DNA of 64,000 nucleotides, from IMG/VR virus record IMGVR_UViG_3300005253_000144, positions 1 to 64,000 of that record, one strand, 5' to 3'. The notes beneath the pieces are model-generated. The model saw nothing but the letters and a program-made list of their open reading frames with translations. It ran no database searches and was not told where the DNA came from. Position 1 is the stretch's first letter. Each line of letters opens with the position of its first letter. The DNA is from a virus. Positions 1 through 9,862 of this stretch are shown here, in pieces. Both the position numbers and the translations under genes were made by a program.

Positions 1-1624
1 TCTTTAATTGGTCGCCTAGCTGGTTGAGTCCTACGTTGGTGAAGATGGCATAATTGAGGGTATCGCCCCTAGTTAGTGAATTTACATATAGACCATATTG
101 GTTAGTTAAGATTGGATTCGTACCGAGAGCATCAACGACTTCGAAATGCTTAAGATTAGATACAAGACCCGATGCCTGGTTTCCAAGATAAGCCTGTGAA
201 CGAAATCCAACAGAATTATCTACATTGATATTCGCTCTATTATCTGAAATAGCAAATATTGATTTATTTCCTATTACTAGCCCTGTGTGAGAACCTGCGA
301 CTCCCATGAAAGCAGTATTTTCTAATGAGACAACTGTTGCGTTAGGCTGGTCCCAAGCAGTATTTACCTTAATAAATGTCCTGACTCCCCGAATTTCTCT
401 ACCCCCTGTGGGAGCGAGTGAGGTAATAGTGGTCGTAAATTGCGTTCCTGCACTTGAATTGCTTGTATAATTCCCGCTAAACGTTGTTTGGAAATTATTT
501 ATTTGTCTAGAACCCGTATCAGGTGTTGTTACTGTCTGTAATATTCCACCATCGCCTAATATTGCCAACAGTGAACCTCCCCCACTTTCCTGCACCTCTA
601 CTATATTTTCTAATTGTGTAGCATTTGCCCGAATAGCCAATTGCAATTCATCAACACTACCAGCTATAATTAATGGCCCAGTCATGGTATATCCCGCCGC
701 TTCTACCCATTCCTCCGATGCAATTTCAGCATATGAGCCGCTAATAGTTGTCACAAATCCAGGACCAGAGAAATTTAGCCTATCTGCTGAACCAAGCGGC
801 ACGCCATCATCCAATATGATTACTGTGCCAGACACAGACACATCGGTGGAAAGTGGAGCAAGTCTAAGGTCGTAGATTTCGCTCCAATTTATCCATTGCG
901 TTCCTGATGTTAGATAAACCGCGGCAATAGGAATGCCTTGCTCCGAATCAGGCATAGCAATGAAATTGGTAAATGTTCCGCTGGGTTCATATGCATTGAA
1001 TTCGGGACCAGCAGTATATTGTAAAATCCCATCATCTGGGTCTATATAAACCGTGACGAATTTGCTGTTGTGCGCACCCGTGGGCTGGAAACTTTCAAAT
1101 CCGGCTGACCCACTACCAGGCCACCAATTATATTTCCCGTTTGCAAAATAATAGCCCGCTTCAACATAAATGGACTTAGTTCCGGTATCACTAGGGCGTG
1201 GAAGTAGCGGCATGAATTGTCGCTTGTAAATCCAGGCAATATCACCTCCGGTATTTGGTGCGCCCGCAAAGGAATGGTCAAGTCCATGGCTGGGCAAATA
1301 ACCGCCGCCGCCCCAATCAGCATAAGCACCAACATCGCGAGCAATCACCTTCCATCTAATGGGGTTATTTTCATCCCGCGCTACCAAAACGGGCAAGTCA
1401 AAATGCCTACCGACAGTATCATTAAATGCTTGAATAGGCTCGGACGTAGCCCCCCGAATTCGCACCCATACATAATCTGGACGGTTGGATACAGTAACTA
1501 CGGGACGCCCATCATCAAGATAAGCGCCTAGTAGTCCCGGATGGATAACTGGTTTATCAACCTTGCCTTTTAGGGCCTCTCCAAACGCGCCCTCAAAGGC
1601 CTTGCGCCCTTTATTTGCGACCAT
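1..1624 (-). CDS. Tail fiber / minor tail protein, partial (runs off the left edge; absent from the ORF track)
   Basis: Manual translation from ATG at 1624 (MVANKGRKAFEGAFGEALKGKVDKP...) stays open to position 2. Directly follows the 1044 aa tail protein; G/S/T/N-rich C-terminal part. Confidence 0.75.
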   Translation of the reverse strand, partial: MVANKGRKAFEGAFGEALKGKVDKPVIHPGLLGAYLDDGRPVVTVSNRPDYVWVRIRGATSEPIQAFNDTVGRHFDLPVLVARDENNPIRWKVIARDVGAYADWGGGGYLPSHGLDHSFAGAPNTGGDIAWIYKRQFMPLLPRPSDTGTKSIYVEAGYYFANGKYNWWPGSGSAGFESFQPTGAHNSKFVTVYIDPDDGILQYTAGPEFNAYEPSGTFTNFIAMPDSEQGIPIAAVYLTSGTQWINWSEIYDLRLAPLSTDVSVSGTVIILDDGVPLGSADRLNFSGPGFVTTISGSYAEIASEEWVEAAGYTMTGPLIIAGSVDELQLAIRANATQLENIVEVQESGGGSLLAILGDGGILQTVTTPDTGSRQINNFQTTFSGNYTSNSSAGTQFTTTITSLAPTGGREIRGVRTFIKVNTAWDQPNATVVSLENTAFMGVAGSHTGLVIGNKSIFAISDNRANINVDNSVGFRSQAYLGNQASGLVSNLKHFEVVDALGTNPILTNQYGLYVNSLTRGDTLNYAIFTNVGLNQLGDQLK

Positions 1625-1626
1625 GA

Positions 1627-4600
1627 CTAACTATCACCCCCAAAGGTCGCAATGAAGCCTAGCGGCTGTCCTAGGTCGCCCTGGGTCGTACTAGCAACGG
1701 TTAGGATATCTCCATTTCTATCTGCCCAGGAGCGACCACCATCATCGCTCCCAATTATGGTTGCAGGACCTGCAATCGAAGCCGTTATTGATTTAAACGC
1801 ATAGAATTTTGATGGGTCACCAGCATTTAATTGAAATCCATGCCGCTCAAATGAATCCCAAAATCTTAATAATTCCCAGCCGCCACCAAAACTAGCAGAG
1901 CGAGCGAACACGGTCTCAGGATTGGTCGTAGCCTGTTGAACAAACATACCATAAATCATTCCATCAGCGGGATGGACACGCAATGACCTCTGTCCATTGT
2001 GGTCTTTTCCTGCTGTCGTTCCGACCCATCCAAATGCACCAAATTGCATGGTTACATCTATACGATTCTCTAAACCATCAACAGAATAGATGAGCCGTGC
2101 AAGGTTACAACTCGCAAACCGCGTTCTGTCTAAGTATGAGGCCAAAACTGTAAACTGCCCTGAAATCACCAAATCACGAACACCGCCGCAGGTGTTGCCG
2201 GTCAATTCATCTAGCGTCCGAAACCATATATTCTTGCCGCCATTAATACTATAATATATTTGCGCCTCATCGTTTCCACTACCTGCCAAACTTGCGTAAA
2301 GTATTGTGCCCAAATCATCAAATGCTAAAAATCCAGGTGAAAGCGGATTTGAACCGGGACCAGCCGCCCCCGTCATTGTTCCAACATCATTTTCATCCCA
2401 TGTATCACCGCCATCAAATGTAACCGCTACTTGGTAATGAGGCCCGCCAGGTTTATTTCCATTACCAAAGAATACGACATGCGCGGGGTCTATGGGATTT
2501 ATTTGCAAATCAACATAATGAATATTGCCAGAATTAGTTATTATATCCTTCAATTCAGCATCACTGATTGACTGGACGAATCCGGCACCAGAAGACTTAT
2601 ATAGCCCATCACTAGCTGTCATAATCCACATAGACCCATCCGGCCCAATGCGAAAGGCCACGATGTCTGTGGCGGCAGAGATAGAGACCTCTTCCCAGTT
2701 CGGGCCAGAGAGTTCCCAGAAATTTTGTGTCCGGAAAACCCTGCCGCTAACCGTGTTATCAAAATAAATCACGTATACATATTCTTCGACAAGCGGCGGC
2801 GGTTCTGGTCCGGGAACATCCGGGAAGGGCGGAATCGGGGGTATGGGCGGAAAGTCTGGAAATTCAAATTCAGGTAAATCCGGGGTATCATAGGGCGGGT
2901 CTACGGGGATATTTACCTTTCTGCCGGTTATTGTTTTCAGCCCTTCGGTCTCTTCGCTGGCAGCAATGTTCATGAGCAATAGATTCTGTACCGGATTATA
3001 TTCATAGAATATTTCTTGCGGCACAAACTTCTTTCCATTCCAAATCAGCCCTCGGAAATTGTCCGCGGCCGCCAATGTGATTTCTACGCGCTCTTGCGGC
3101 GCAATGTCAATATGTCGATAATCCCCGGCAATGGGAATATCGATTCTAGGAAAGCGTGAATTTATTTTGTTATATGTCAGCGCAACAAGGTCATTTAGCT
3201 GCCCTTGACCAGCAAGAACTAGACCCGACTGCCTTTGGACGGACCCAAAATAGTCGGCTGGGTCACCTGGTGCGGATGAGATTATTGGAGTGTTGCTTCC
3301 GGTCTCTGGACCTGAATACGCAATTCCGCCCAACTCAACATATGCGACTATTGGCGTGGATTGCTCTTTTATATTTATTTCACCACGCCAATCCTGGTCG
3401 GTCATATTCATGGCTGTATTAAACGATGTGCGGGAACCCGTGGGGGTGAGCGACAAATCTATTTCAGCCCAGAGTTTACCGCCTCTATCTGCTATTAATG
3501 AGGCGAAGAGTGTATTTTGAAGGAAACCATTAGCTCCCGCATATAGTGAGCCACGTGCAAAATCCGCATATTGTACGGGTAAAGTATCCCCGGTTTGGGA
3601 AACATCGGCTATTTGCAATATTGTTGATTGCCAGCGTAGATAAGAAATAAGTGCCTTATCTACCGTCAAATATCTGGCCTCATTCCAGCTATTCGGATTT
3701 CTTTTGGATTCTAGTGTAGCCGAATAAGTACTTAAGGAATCCATTCTTTCCGTAATCGATACAGCTCGGAATTCAATTCGATTAGTTGCAAAATTCTTCC
3801 TAATCGAGTCGTCCTGGACATAGCCTACGAATAAGATATTATCACGGTAGCGGCCGCGCCCAATTTCCTTCCCCCTAACACTCCCTTCCCAATCTTCAGT
3901 AAAAAGAACTATCAATGCACCCTCAACAACTTTGTTGGCATCCGCTTCTTCAATAACCCATACATCCACACTATACCCCCCCTTTTCCCGTGAGCCTTCA
4001 AAGGAGCGTAGCCCCCAGCGCACAAAAGTCCGGGCCGGGCCTTCATCTGGTTTGTTGTAGACTAGGACGTGCCGTGTTCCTGTGAACTCTTTTCCAGTTG
4101 CCGCAGTAATTGTTAGCCGTGTTGTAAAATGTCCAACACCTATGTATTGCACCCATCCAGGGTCTGCATCTGTTGAGCCAGTAATATTTGTATTGCCTTC
4201 AAATATCCAAGAGTAAGTAGAGATTGTGGAATCTGGAACAAAGCTACCTGTACTAGAATAATAAACCCCAAATGCGCCTGTCTCCATGAAACCGGCCACA
4301 TTGCCGCCCATATGCACGACTGGGTCGAAATTACGCCCTTCGTCCAAATAAACCAAGTCATAGTCTTTATAGAATGTTGGCCTGTTCTTTGCATCTAGTG
4401 TGATACGTGGGAACACGGCCCAAGGCTCTCGGAATATTGTTACCGTGATGAACCATCCATTTTCCCAATCGTAATCATTTTCGGCAAGCGTGAGAGTGGT
4501 GCCGCTTCCAGTTATTGCCCGCAAGCGACCAATATTCTTCTGACCTTGCGTACCGCCTATATAGGCAGTCATGCCTTTCTCAACATCATCAATGTCACCG

Positions 4601-4761
4601 CTCAAGATAGTGACTATTATCTCGCGTGCGCCCTTCGCAATGCTGGGCTGATTAATTTGCATTTCAACAAGGGATTGCGGCTCAAAAATACCCATATGTA
4701 TGACCGAGCGATGGGGGCGTTGCCGCAGTTGTGTGATTTCAGATGGAGTTAGGGAAGCCAT
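1627..4761 (-). CDS. Large tail tip/hub protein: PKD-like domain, Pro-rich linker, C-terminal Asp-box (BNR) beta-propeller
   Basis: Second gene after the tape measure; PKD-like 'YSWIFEG...GHFTTRLTIT'; linker PPIPPIPPFPDVPGPEPPP; Asp-box-like TFDGGDTW, YSINGGKNIW, SDDGGRSW. Confidence 0.7.
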   Translation of the reverse strand: MASLTPSEITQLRQRPHRSVIHMGIFEPQSLVEMQINQPSIAKGAREIIVTILSGDIDDVEKGMTAYIGGTQGQKNIGRLRAITGSGTTLTLAENDYDWENGWFITVTIFREPWAVFPRITLDAKNRPTFYKDYDLVYLDEGRNFDPVVHMGGNVAGFMETGAFGVYYSSTGSFVPDSTISTYSWIFEGNTNITGSTDADPGWVQYIGVGHFTTRLTITAATGKEFTGTRHVLVYNKPDEGPARTFVRWGLRSFEGSREKGGYSVDVWVIEEADANKVVEGALIVLFTEDWEGSVRGKEIGRGRYRDNILFVGYVQDDSIRKNFATNRIEFRAVSITERMDSLSTYSATLESKRNPNSWNEARYLTVDKALISYLRWQSTILQIADVSQTGDTLPVQYADFARGSLYAGANGFLQNTLFASLIADRGGKLWAEIDLSLTPTGSRTSFNTAMNMTDQDWRGEINIKEQSTPIVAYVELGGIAYSGPETGSNTPIISSAPGDPADYFGSVQRQSGLVLAGQGQLNDLVALTYNKINSRFPRIDIPIAGDYRHIDIAPQERVEITLAAADNFRGLIWNGKKFVPQEIFYEYNPVQNLLLMNIAASEETEGLKTITGRKVNIPVDPPYDTPDLPEFEFPDFPPIPPIPPFPDVPGPEPPPLVEEYVYVIYFDNTVSGRVFRTQNFWELSGPNWEEVSISAATDIVAFRIGPDGSMWIMTASDGLYKSSGAGFVQSISDAELKDIITNSGNIHYVDLQINPIDPAHVVFFGNGNKPGGPHYQVAVTFDGGDTWDENDVGTMTGAAGPGSNPLSPGFLAFDDLGTILYASLAGSGNDEAQIYYSINGGKNIWFRTLDELTGNTCGGVRDLVISGQFTVLASYLDRTRFASCNLARLIYSVDGLENRIDVTMQFGAFGWVGTTAGKDHNGQRSLRVHPADGMIYGMFVQQATTNPETVFARSASFGGGWELLRFWDSFERHGFQLNAGDPSKFYAFKSITASIAGPATIIGSDDGGRSWADRNGDILTVASTTQGDLGQPLGFIATFGGDS

Positions 4762-4771
4762 AAAATTCCTA

Positions 4772-5128
4772 TTATTCTATCCGGATATTTGAAATTATGA
4801 TTATCATTCGACTTGGATATCCAGCAAAGAACGGCCCTATTTCAGGCTCTGTAATAAACACGCCTGAATATTCGGTAAATCCATAAACAGAACCAGTGGT
4901 AGTTGGGAATGTAGGAATCTCAACTACTGTCGTGCCCGTGGATTGTATATCGTCAAATACGGCTTGCGCATTTGCCCATTCGCTAAAATTGGTAAACCGC
5001 CACTCCAACTGGAATGAACGCATGGCAGGATAGATTGGGCGGCCATCGCCTTGAATATCAACAACTGGGCGCCCCATCCAGCGTCCGCGTGTTGGGCAAG
5101 CATCATGACCATTAATTTTCCAGGACAT
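4772..5128 (-). CDS. Distal tail (Dit-like) protein
   Basis: 118 aa gene immediately after the tape measure; positional inference. Confidence 0.5.
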   Translation of the reverse strand: MSWKINGHDACPTRGRWMGRPVVDIQGDGRPIYPAMRSFQLEWRFTNFSEWANAQAVFDDIQSTGTTVVEIPTFPTTTGSVYGFTEYSGVFITEPEIGPFFAGYPSRMIIIISNIRIE

Positions 5129-5132
5129 TTTA

Positions 5133-7769
5133 TTATCTACCTCTATGCGTGTTGCGGGTAATATTTGCTATGACTGCTGCAGATTCTTCCAGCCCTTCAT
5201 CAATGATACTTGCGATTAATCCTGAATCCAAACTAATATCCAGCATGACGGTTTGTTCGCCACCCCTTCCTCCAAACCCTGCAATTGGGTCGCCTGTTCC
5301 AGCACTGAGCGGCGAAACATTGACAAGTTCTGGGCGCTCACCAACCAATAGCATTGTAGGGGCTGTAAAGATTTCATTAATTGCTCCGCGTTGGCGCTCG
5401 CTCTCGCCCCCTATCCGACGACCTCCGGGTGTAGCCGAGGCAGTAGGAGATGTGCCAAACCCAGACAACATTTGATAATACCTGTTCATAAATGCTTCAA
5501 CCCAACCTCCCGGACCATAAGCATCCATCAGCATATCAAAGAGAGCCCTCAGCCCTTCGTTTGTCAATTTAAGTTCGTTCGTAATCCCTGCGAATATGGT
5601 TTCGATTCGTCGCTGATGGTTGAGCCGCAAGTCATCTAATTGACGTTGATATGCCCGTCTTGCATCCTCGATTTTGCGTTTATCGGATTCTTGCTGGTCT
5701 TCTATTTCCTGCAAAAAAGCCTGAAGGCGTAGTTCTCTGCGAATTTCTACTTGTTCTTGAACCTGCTTTAGCTCAAGGGCTAGGTCTTCTTTAATTCTTT
5801 TTTGCCTTAATCTAAAATCGCCTTCACGCTTACGCTTTTCAAGATTGAATCGCCGCTGGAGCATGAGAACTTGGCGTGCATCACGCTCACGAACAGCATC
5901 CTCAAGGTCTAACAAGAATCTGTTTTCTAGGTCACGAATATCCCGTAGAAAATCTTCACGAAGCCGGATTTCCTCAATTTGGGATTCCCGAATTGCGCCC
6001 ATGCGGGTAACGGCTCCCTGCTGCTCTAACCTTTGCAAATCGCGTTGCAAATCAAGTTCCATGTCCGCTCTACGGCGACCTGAAGCACGCGCCAAGTCCT
6101 CCATTGTTCGATTCAAATCCGTTCGTGCATCTTCCATTCCCTGCGCCAAATCTTGATTCAATTTGTCCATTGCTTTGGAAATATCTTCAAAGGCGGCGTT
6201 AACTTGCATTGCCATATTTTCTGCTTCTGGGCCTGGTTCACCAAATGCATCGCCCATATCTTCGGTAAAACCTATCATTTTCAGACCCACATCTTCAAAT
6301 GTTTTAAATGCCGCTAGATAAGTAGTATCAAAGACATTTGCCAATTTTTCTCCATCGAATACTAGGTTAACCATTTGAGTACGCAATTCTCCCAACACAG
6401 CAGCCGTCGCAATTGCAACAGCACCAAATGCCGATAATGCGTTAACCGCAAGAATACCAATAACCGTAACTAATTGGCTAAATGCTTCAAAGGCACTTCC
6501 CACAACTTCTTTTATGCTAATCCAGATTGGTGTTACTATGCGCCCAATATTTTCTGTCCCGCTCACCATCTTTTCTGATGCTTCTTCCGCACGCCCCGCC
6601 AATGTGTTTTGGAGGTCTGCCGCATCCTGCACGATTCCATTCGTTTGGTCAAGGATTATTTGATAGCGCACCAATTGCTTTTCGGCTTCGCTCATGTCAT
6701 TTTTAGACTTGAGAATTCCAAGTCCAAAAGCGGTCTGCTCAAATAAAGCCTCAGAATATTGAAGCCCTAAATTGCGTAAAGCGTCTGTATAGCCCGTTTG
6801 GATAAAGTCTGCCAATACTTCAGATGAGCCAGTAATATCTCCATTCGTTTTATTTAGAGCAATCCCCGCCGTAATGACATCTCTAATTTGTTGCTTATTA
6901 AGTGATAATTGTGTGCCCAACCGCGAAACGGCTTCAGCAATTTCATCATATGTTTGTGTTAAATCCCCGCCGAACTTCTCAACAATTTCTTCAGCGAATT
7001 CTTTCCATTCACCAATTGAACCCGCGGCTTCGCCTTGTATACGTTGATAGCGCCGCACTTGGATGGATAGACTTGACAACGCTTTATCATATTCAAGAGT
7101 AAGTTTAATACCCTCTCTAACTACTTGATTAATCATTTGCAAGCCTTTTATTATTAATGCCACAACCGCAAATTTTTTTAAGTAGCCGACAACTGCGCTC
7201 TTCGCATCATTAAAGATTTGGGCCATAGGAGACGCTTCGGCCTTTGTCTTTTGTAGACCTTCAATGGCCGCATCCGCAAAACTATTTACAGCCTGTTCCC
7301 CTTCTTCCAATGTTTCCGAGGTTTCTGCCGTCGTCTCCAGCATTTTACGTAGTGATTCCTCTGTTGCTTTATCTATTTTTAAACCGGCAGCTTCTGCTGC
7401 ATCGGCAATCCGATTCCATGCGTTTTCAATAACAGTCGCCACTTGCTTGTCATAAACATCAGCGAAATCTAATAATTCATCTAGTACAAACTCAGTATTT
7501 TCATGTAGTTTTTGAAAATCTGCGAGTGCGCCAAACTGACCACGCTCAACGCCCTCATATTTTTTTAGCAATGCAGAAAATTCTTTTCCAATTTCTTGTG
7601 CGCGTTTGCTTATCCCCTCAAGAGCCTCGTCAAATTTTTCTGTTTCCTCAACGGCGTCTTCAATCCCCTTTTCAATCTCTACTATTGCATCCGAAGCATC
7701 AATAGTAAGTTGAACAGCAACCTCTTCAATCGGGTCATTGCCGCCGCCAGCGCCACCAGGGAGTGCCAT
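5133..7769 (-). CDS. Tail tape measure protein
   Basis: 878 aa, helical/coiled-coil with hydrophobic stretches; N-terminal 'VAVQLTIDA'; C-terminal 'LLVGERPELV'; downstream of major tail protein and chaperones. Confidence 0.85.
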   Translation of the reverse strand: MALPGGAGGGNDPIEEVAVQLTIDASDAIVEIEKGIEDAVEETEKFDEALEGISKRAQEIGKEFSALLKKYEGVERGQFGALADFQKLHENTEFVLDELLDFADVYDKQVATVIENAWNRIADAAEAAGLKIDKATEESLRKMLETTAETSETLEEGEQAVNSFADAAIEGLQKTKAEASPMAQIFNDAKSAVVGYLKKFAVVALIIKGLQMINQVVREGIKLTLEYDKALSSLSIQVRRYQRIQGEAAGSIGEWKEFAEEIVEKFGGDLTQTYDEIAEAVSRLGTQLSLNKQQIRDVITAGIALNKTNGDITGSSEVLADFIQTGYTDALRNLGLQYSEALFEQTAFGLGILKSKNDMSEAEKQLVRYQIILDQTNGIVQDAADLQNTLAGRAEEASEKMVSGTENIGRIVTPIWISIKEVVGSAFEAFSQLVTVIGILAVNALSAFGAVAIATAAVLGELRTQMVNLVFDGEKLANVFDTTYLAAFKTFEDVGLKMIGFTEDMGDAFGEPGPEAENMAMQVNAAFEDISKAMDKLNQDLAQGMEDARTDLNRTMEDLARASGRRRADMELDLQRDLQRLEQQGAVTRMGAIRESQIEEIRLREDFLRDIRDLENRFLLDLEDAVRERDARQVLMLQRRFNLEKRKREGDFRLRQKRIKEDLALELKQVQEQVEIRRELRLQAFLQEIEDQQESDKRKIEDARRAYQRQLDDLRLNHQRRIETIFAGITNELKLTNEGLRALFDMLMDAYGPGGWVEAFMNRYYQMLSGFGTSPTASATPGGRRIGGESERQRGAINEIFTAPTMLLVGERPELVNVSPLSAGTGDPIAGFGGRGGEQTVMLDISLDSGLIASIIDEGLEESAAVIANITRNTHRGR

Positions 7770-7772
7770 AAG

Positions 7773-8132
7773 TTATACCTCTGCGGTTCCTTGAACTTCT
7801 GTCATGCCCAGAACCTTGGCCCCGCTCAATAGTTCTCCAAGCGGATTTTTAATAAGTCCTTGACCAAGTCGGGCTACAAATTCCATGCCGCCCTTTTCCT
7901 TCAACTCCAATACCAACTTCTCCAAATCCCCTTTATGTTCTGTGAGAGCTAATAAGCGCACAATACTCATCACGTCTTCCCTTTTCCTAGAACTTGGGAG
8001 CATATCGCGAACAGCATCAAAAACGGTCTTAGAGTTTGCAATTTCATTTCTATAGCGTGCTGCAATTTTCATGGCTTCAATGGCTTCGTAAATATTCATC
8101 GGTTCATATTGATTATAGTTATTGCTTTCCAT
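7773..8132 (-). CDS. Putative tail assembly chaperone
   Basis: Between major tail protein and tape measure. Confidence 0.45.
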   Translation of the reverse strand: MESNNYNQYEPMNIYEAIEAMKIAARYRNEIANSKTVFDAVRDMLPSSRKREDVMSIVRLLALTEHKGDLEKLVLELKEKGGMEFVARLGQGLIKNPLGELLSGAKVLGMTEVQGTAEV

Positions 8133-8136
8133 GGTT

Positions 8137-8799
8137 TTAAACTTCCCTTGCTGGTGATTTTATGATTTTACCAAGAGGGATGAACTTTGGGTCCACCTTT
8201 CCTATCGGATTTATTCGATTCCTAATTCCCATCATCATCCATGTTGGTATGGCCAAGGGGATATACTTAGATTTCTTGCTCACCTTGTCATAATCATAGG
8301 CCACTCTGGATAGGGAGTGCAGGAAATTGCGCTCCCTGAATTTCTCCGCTTGTATTTCCTGTATATATGCGACCGCATCTTCTGGCCAGAGATTAAGAAT
8401 TTCTTCCCTTGACCAATGATAGGCGTCGGCAATAATATGAATCCACACATTTGGGGCGCGCCCCGGATAATGCCATGCCTCCACTCTCCCACTTTTGGCA
8501 ACCCGTTGAATCAATATTGCAAAATCTTCCAATTCGGGTATCTGATTAATGGCATCAATAGCGTAATAGGCAGATAATATTTTCTGCCAATATACGACAT
8601 TAAATGTTTCCCGCCTTAATTCCGGCATTGCCACATTTAGAAAAGCGTAAAGACCATCCGCAATCTTTGCATTATTATCGATGCGGACAGCATATTTAAT
8701 CAGTTCATTTGCTCTCTTTAGAGCAAGGAATCCGCCTAAGCGGGAGCGGGCAATTGTATGCCCGCTCCCGCCCAATTGGATAGTAATGGGTTTTCCCAT
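8137..8799 (-). CDS. Putative tail assembly chaperone
   Basis: Position; 'IADAYHWSREEILNL' resembles the C-terminal segment of tail chaperones. Confidence 0.5.
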   Translation of the reverse strand: MGKPITIQLGGSGHTIARSRLGGFLALKRANELIKYAVRIDNNAKIADGLYAFLNVAMPELRRETFNVVYWQKILSAYYAIDAINQIPELEDFAILIQRVAKSGRVEAWHYPGRAPNVWIHIIADAYHWSREEILNLWPEDAVAYIQEIQAEKFRERNFLHSLSRVAYDYDKVSKKSKYIPLAIPTWMMMGIRNRINPIGKVDPKFIPLGKIIKSPAREV

Positions 8800-8811
8800 T
8801 CACGCTATTGG

Positions 8812-9444
8812 TTATGTAATTAAGGATGGGTCATAGCGGATGACGGTTGCAAACTTTTGTGCATCGGGTAGTGTATCATCCGCAAAAGCTCGAATCATAA
8901 TGCCGCCAATAGTCCATTTATCACCGCTGGCCATGTTGATACTAAACGCATCTACGAATTGGGCACGGTGAAGCGTGAAACTGACATAATCCGCCGCGGC
9001 TTCATCTGTGACCTTGGGCAACCACAATCGATAATAAGTAGAATTATCAATTGTGCCAATTCCCATCTTCTCAAAGGGAGCGCTTGTAGTAACAGGACTC
9101 GCCTTAAGAACGGGGCTGATGGTGGTTAGCGGGAACAGTGTTGAAAGCGTGATTGAAAATTCCAGGAAATTACGCTTCTGGATTACACCAATATCTCCTG
9201 ACCTATCACATCGAATAGCATTTACGGTGAGGTCTTCGCCGAGACTCACATCCTGATAACAGGCCAATTCAATAGCCGGTTCTGTGGCTGTTCCGCTCAT
9301 TCCCCAATAAAACCCGTCCCCATCAGGGTTATTGAGTGGTGAGGCCACAATGTCTTGATAATAAATCCACGGCGCGCCTTCAGGGAAAACGGTCGTGGTT
9401 TGTTGGGTAATACTACCCTCAGGTGTTCCGGTAATAAGTGCCAT
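8812..9444 (-). CDS. Major tail (tube) protein
   Basis: 210 aa beta-rich protein upstream of chaperones/TMP; RBS GGAGG upstream. Confidence 0.7.
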   Translation of the reverse strand: MALITGTPEGSITQQTTTVFPEGAPWIYYQDIVASPLNNPDGDGFYWGMSGTATEPAIELACYQDVSLGEDLTVNAIRCDRSGDIGVIQKRNFLEFSITLSTLFPLTTISPVLKASPVTTSAPFEKMGIGTIDNSTYYRLWLPKVTDEAAADYVSFTLHRAQFVDAFSINMASGDKWTIGGIMIRAFADDTLPDAQKFATVIRYDPSLIT

Positions 9445-9461
9445 AGTAGGAATCCTCCAAT

Positions 9462-9833
9462 TTAAGGAATATCAAAATACTTTCTTTCCACCGAGCCAGA
9501 ACCACAACAGGCCGCTAATTTGCGGTTCTTTTCCCGGAGAAATTCGATATCTTGTGAACGTACTGAAACCGCTGCGCCCGCTTTATCAAATACGTATTCT
9601 TCCCCACTAGGAGCACCACGTATTATCATTTTTCCGGGCAACAGACTGGTAACAGTTACGCGTTCTTCACTCCCAACAGAAGAAGCCATTGTGGATTTGG
9701 CCTTTTTTGTAGGCCTGCCACGCTTCACCTTTTTAATTGCAGGCTTAACCTCCGGGGAATCACTGGGAGTAATATCCGATTCCTCATCGACACCTAGTTT
9801 GTTGTCGTCATGTTCGTCTTTATTATCATCCAT
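9462..9833 (-). CDS. Hypothetical virion-region protein with C-terminal CCG motif
   Basis: ORF in the structural operon; acidic then basic N-terminus; 'LAACCGSG'. Confidence 0.6.
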   Translation of the reverse strand: MDDNKDEHDDNKLGVDEESDITPSDSPEVKPAIKKVKRGRPTKKAKSTMASSVGSEERVTVTSLLPGKMIIRGAPSGEEYVFDKAGAAVSVRSQDIEFLREKNRKLAACCGSGSVERKYFDIP

Positions 9834-9862
9834 AATTCACGCTACCCTTTCATCAAACATTT

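Noticed and set aside
684-1531. Track ORFs 684..875, 1042..1344 and 1217..1531
   Set aside because: Shadows of the long minus-strand ORF 1..1624
8125-8150. Programmed -1 frameshift between the tail chaperone genes (GTTTAAAAC)
   Set aside because: The slippery-like heptamer is out of phase with the upstream codons, and the downstream ORF is in the +1 frame
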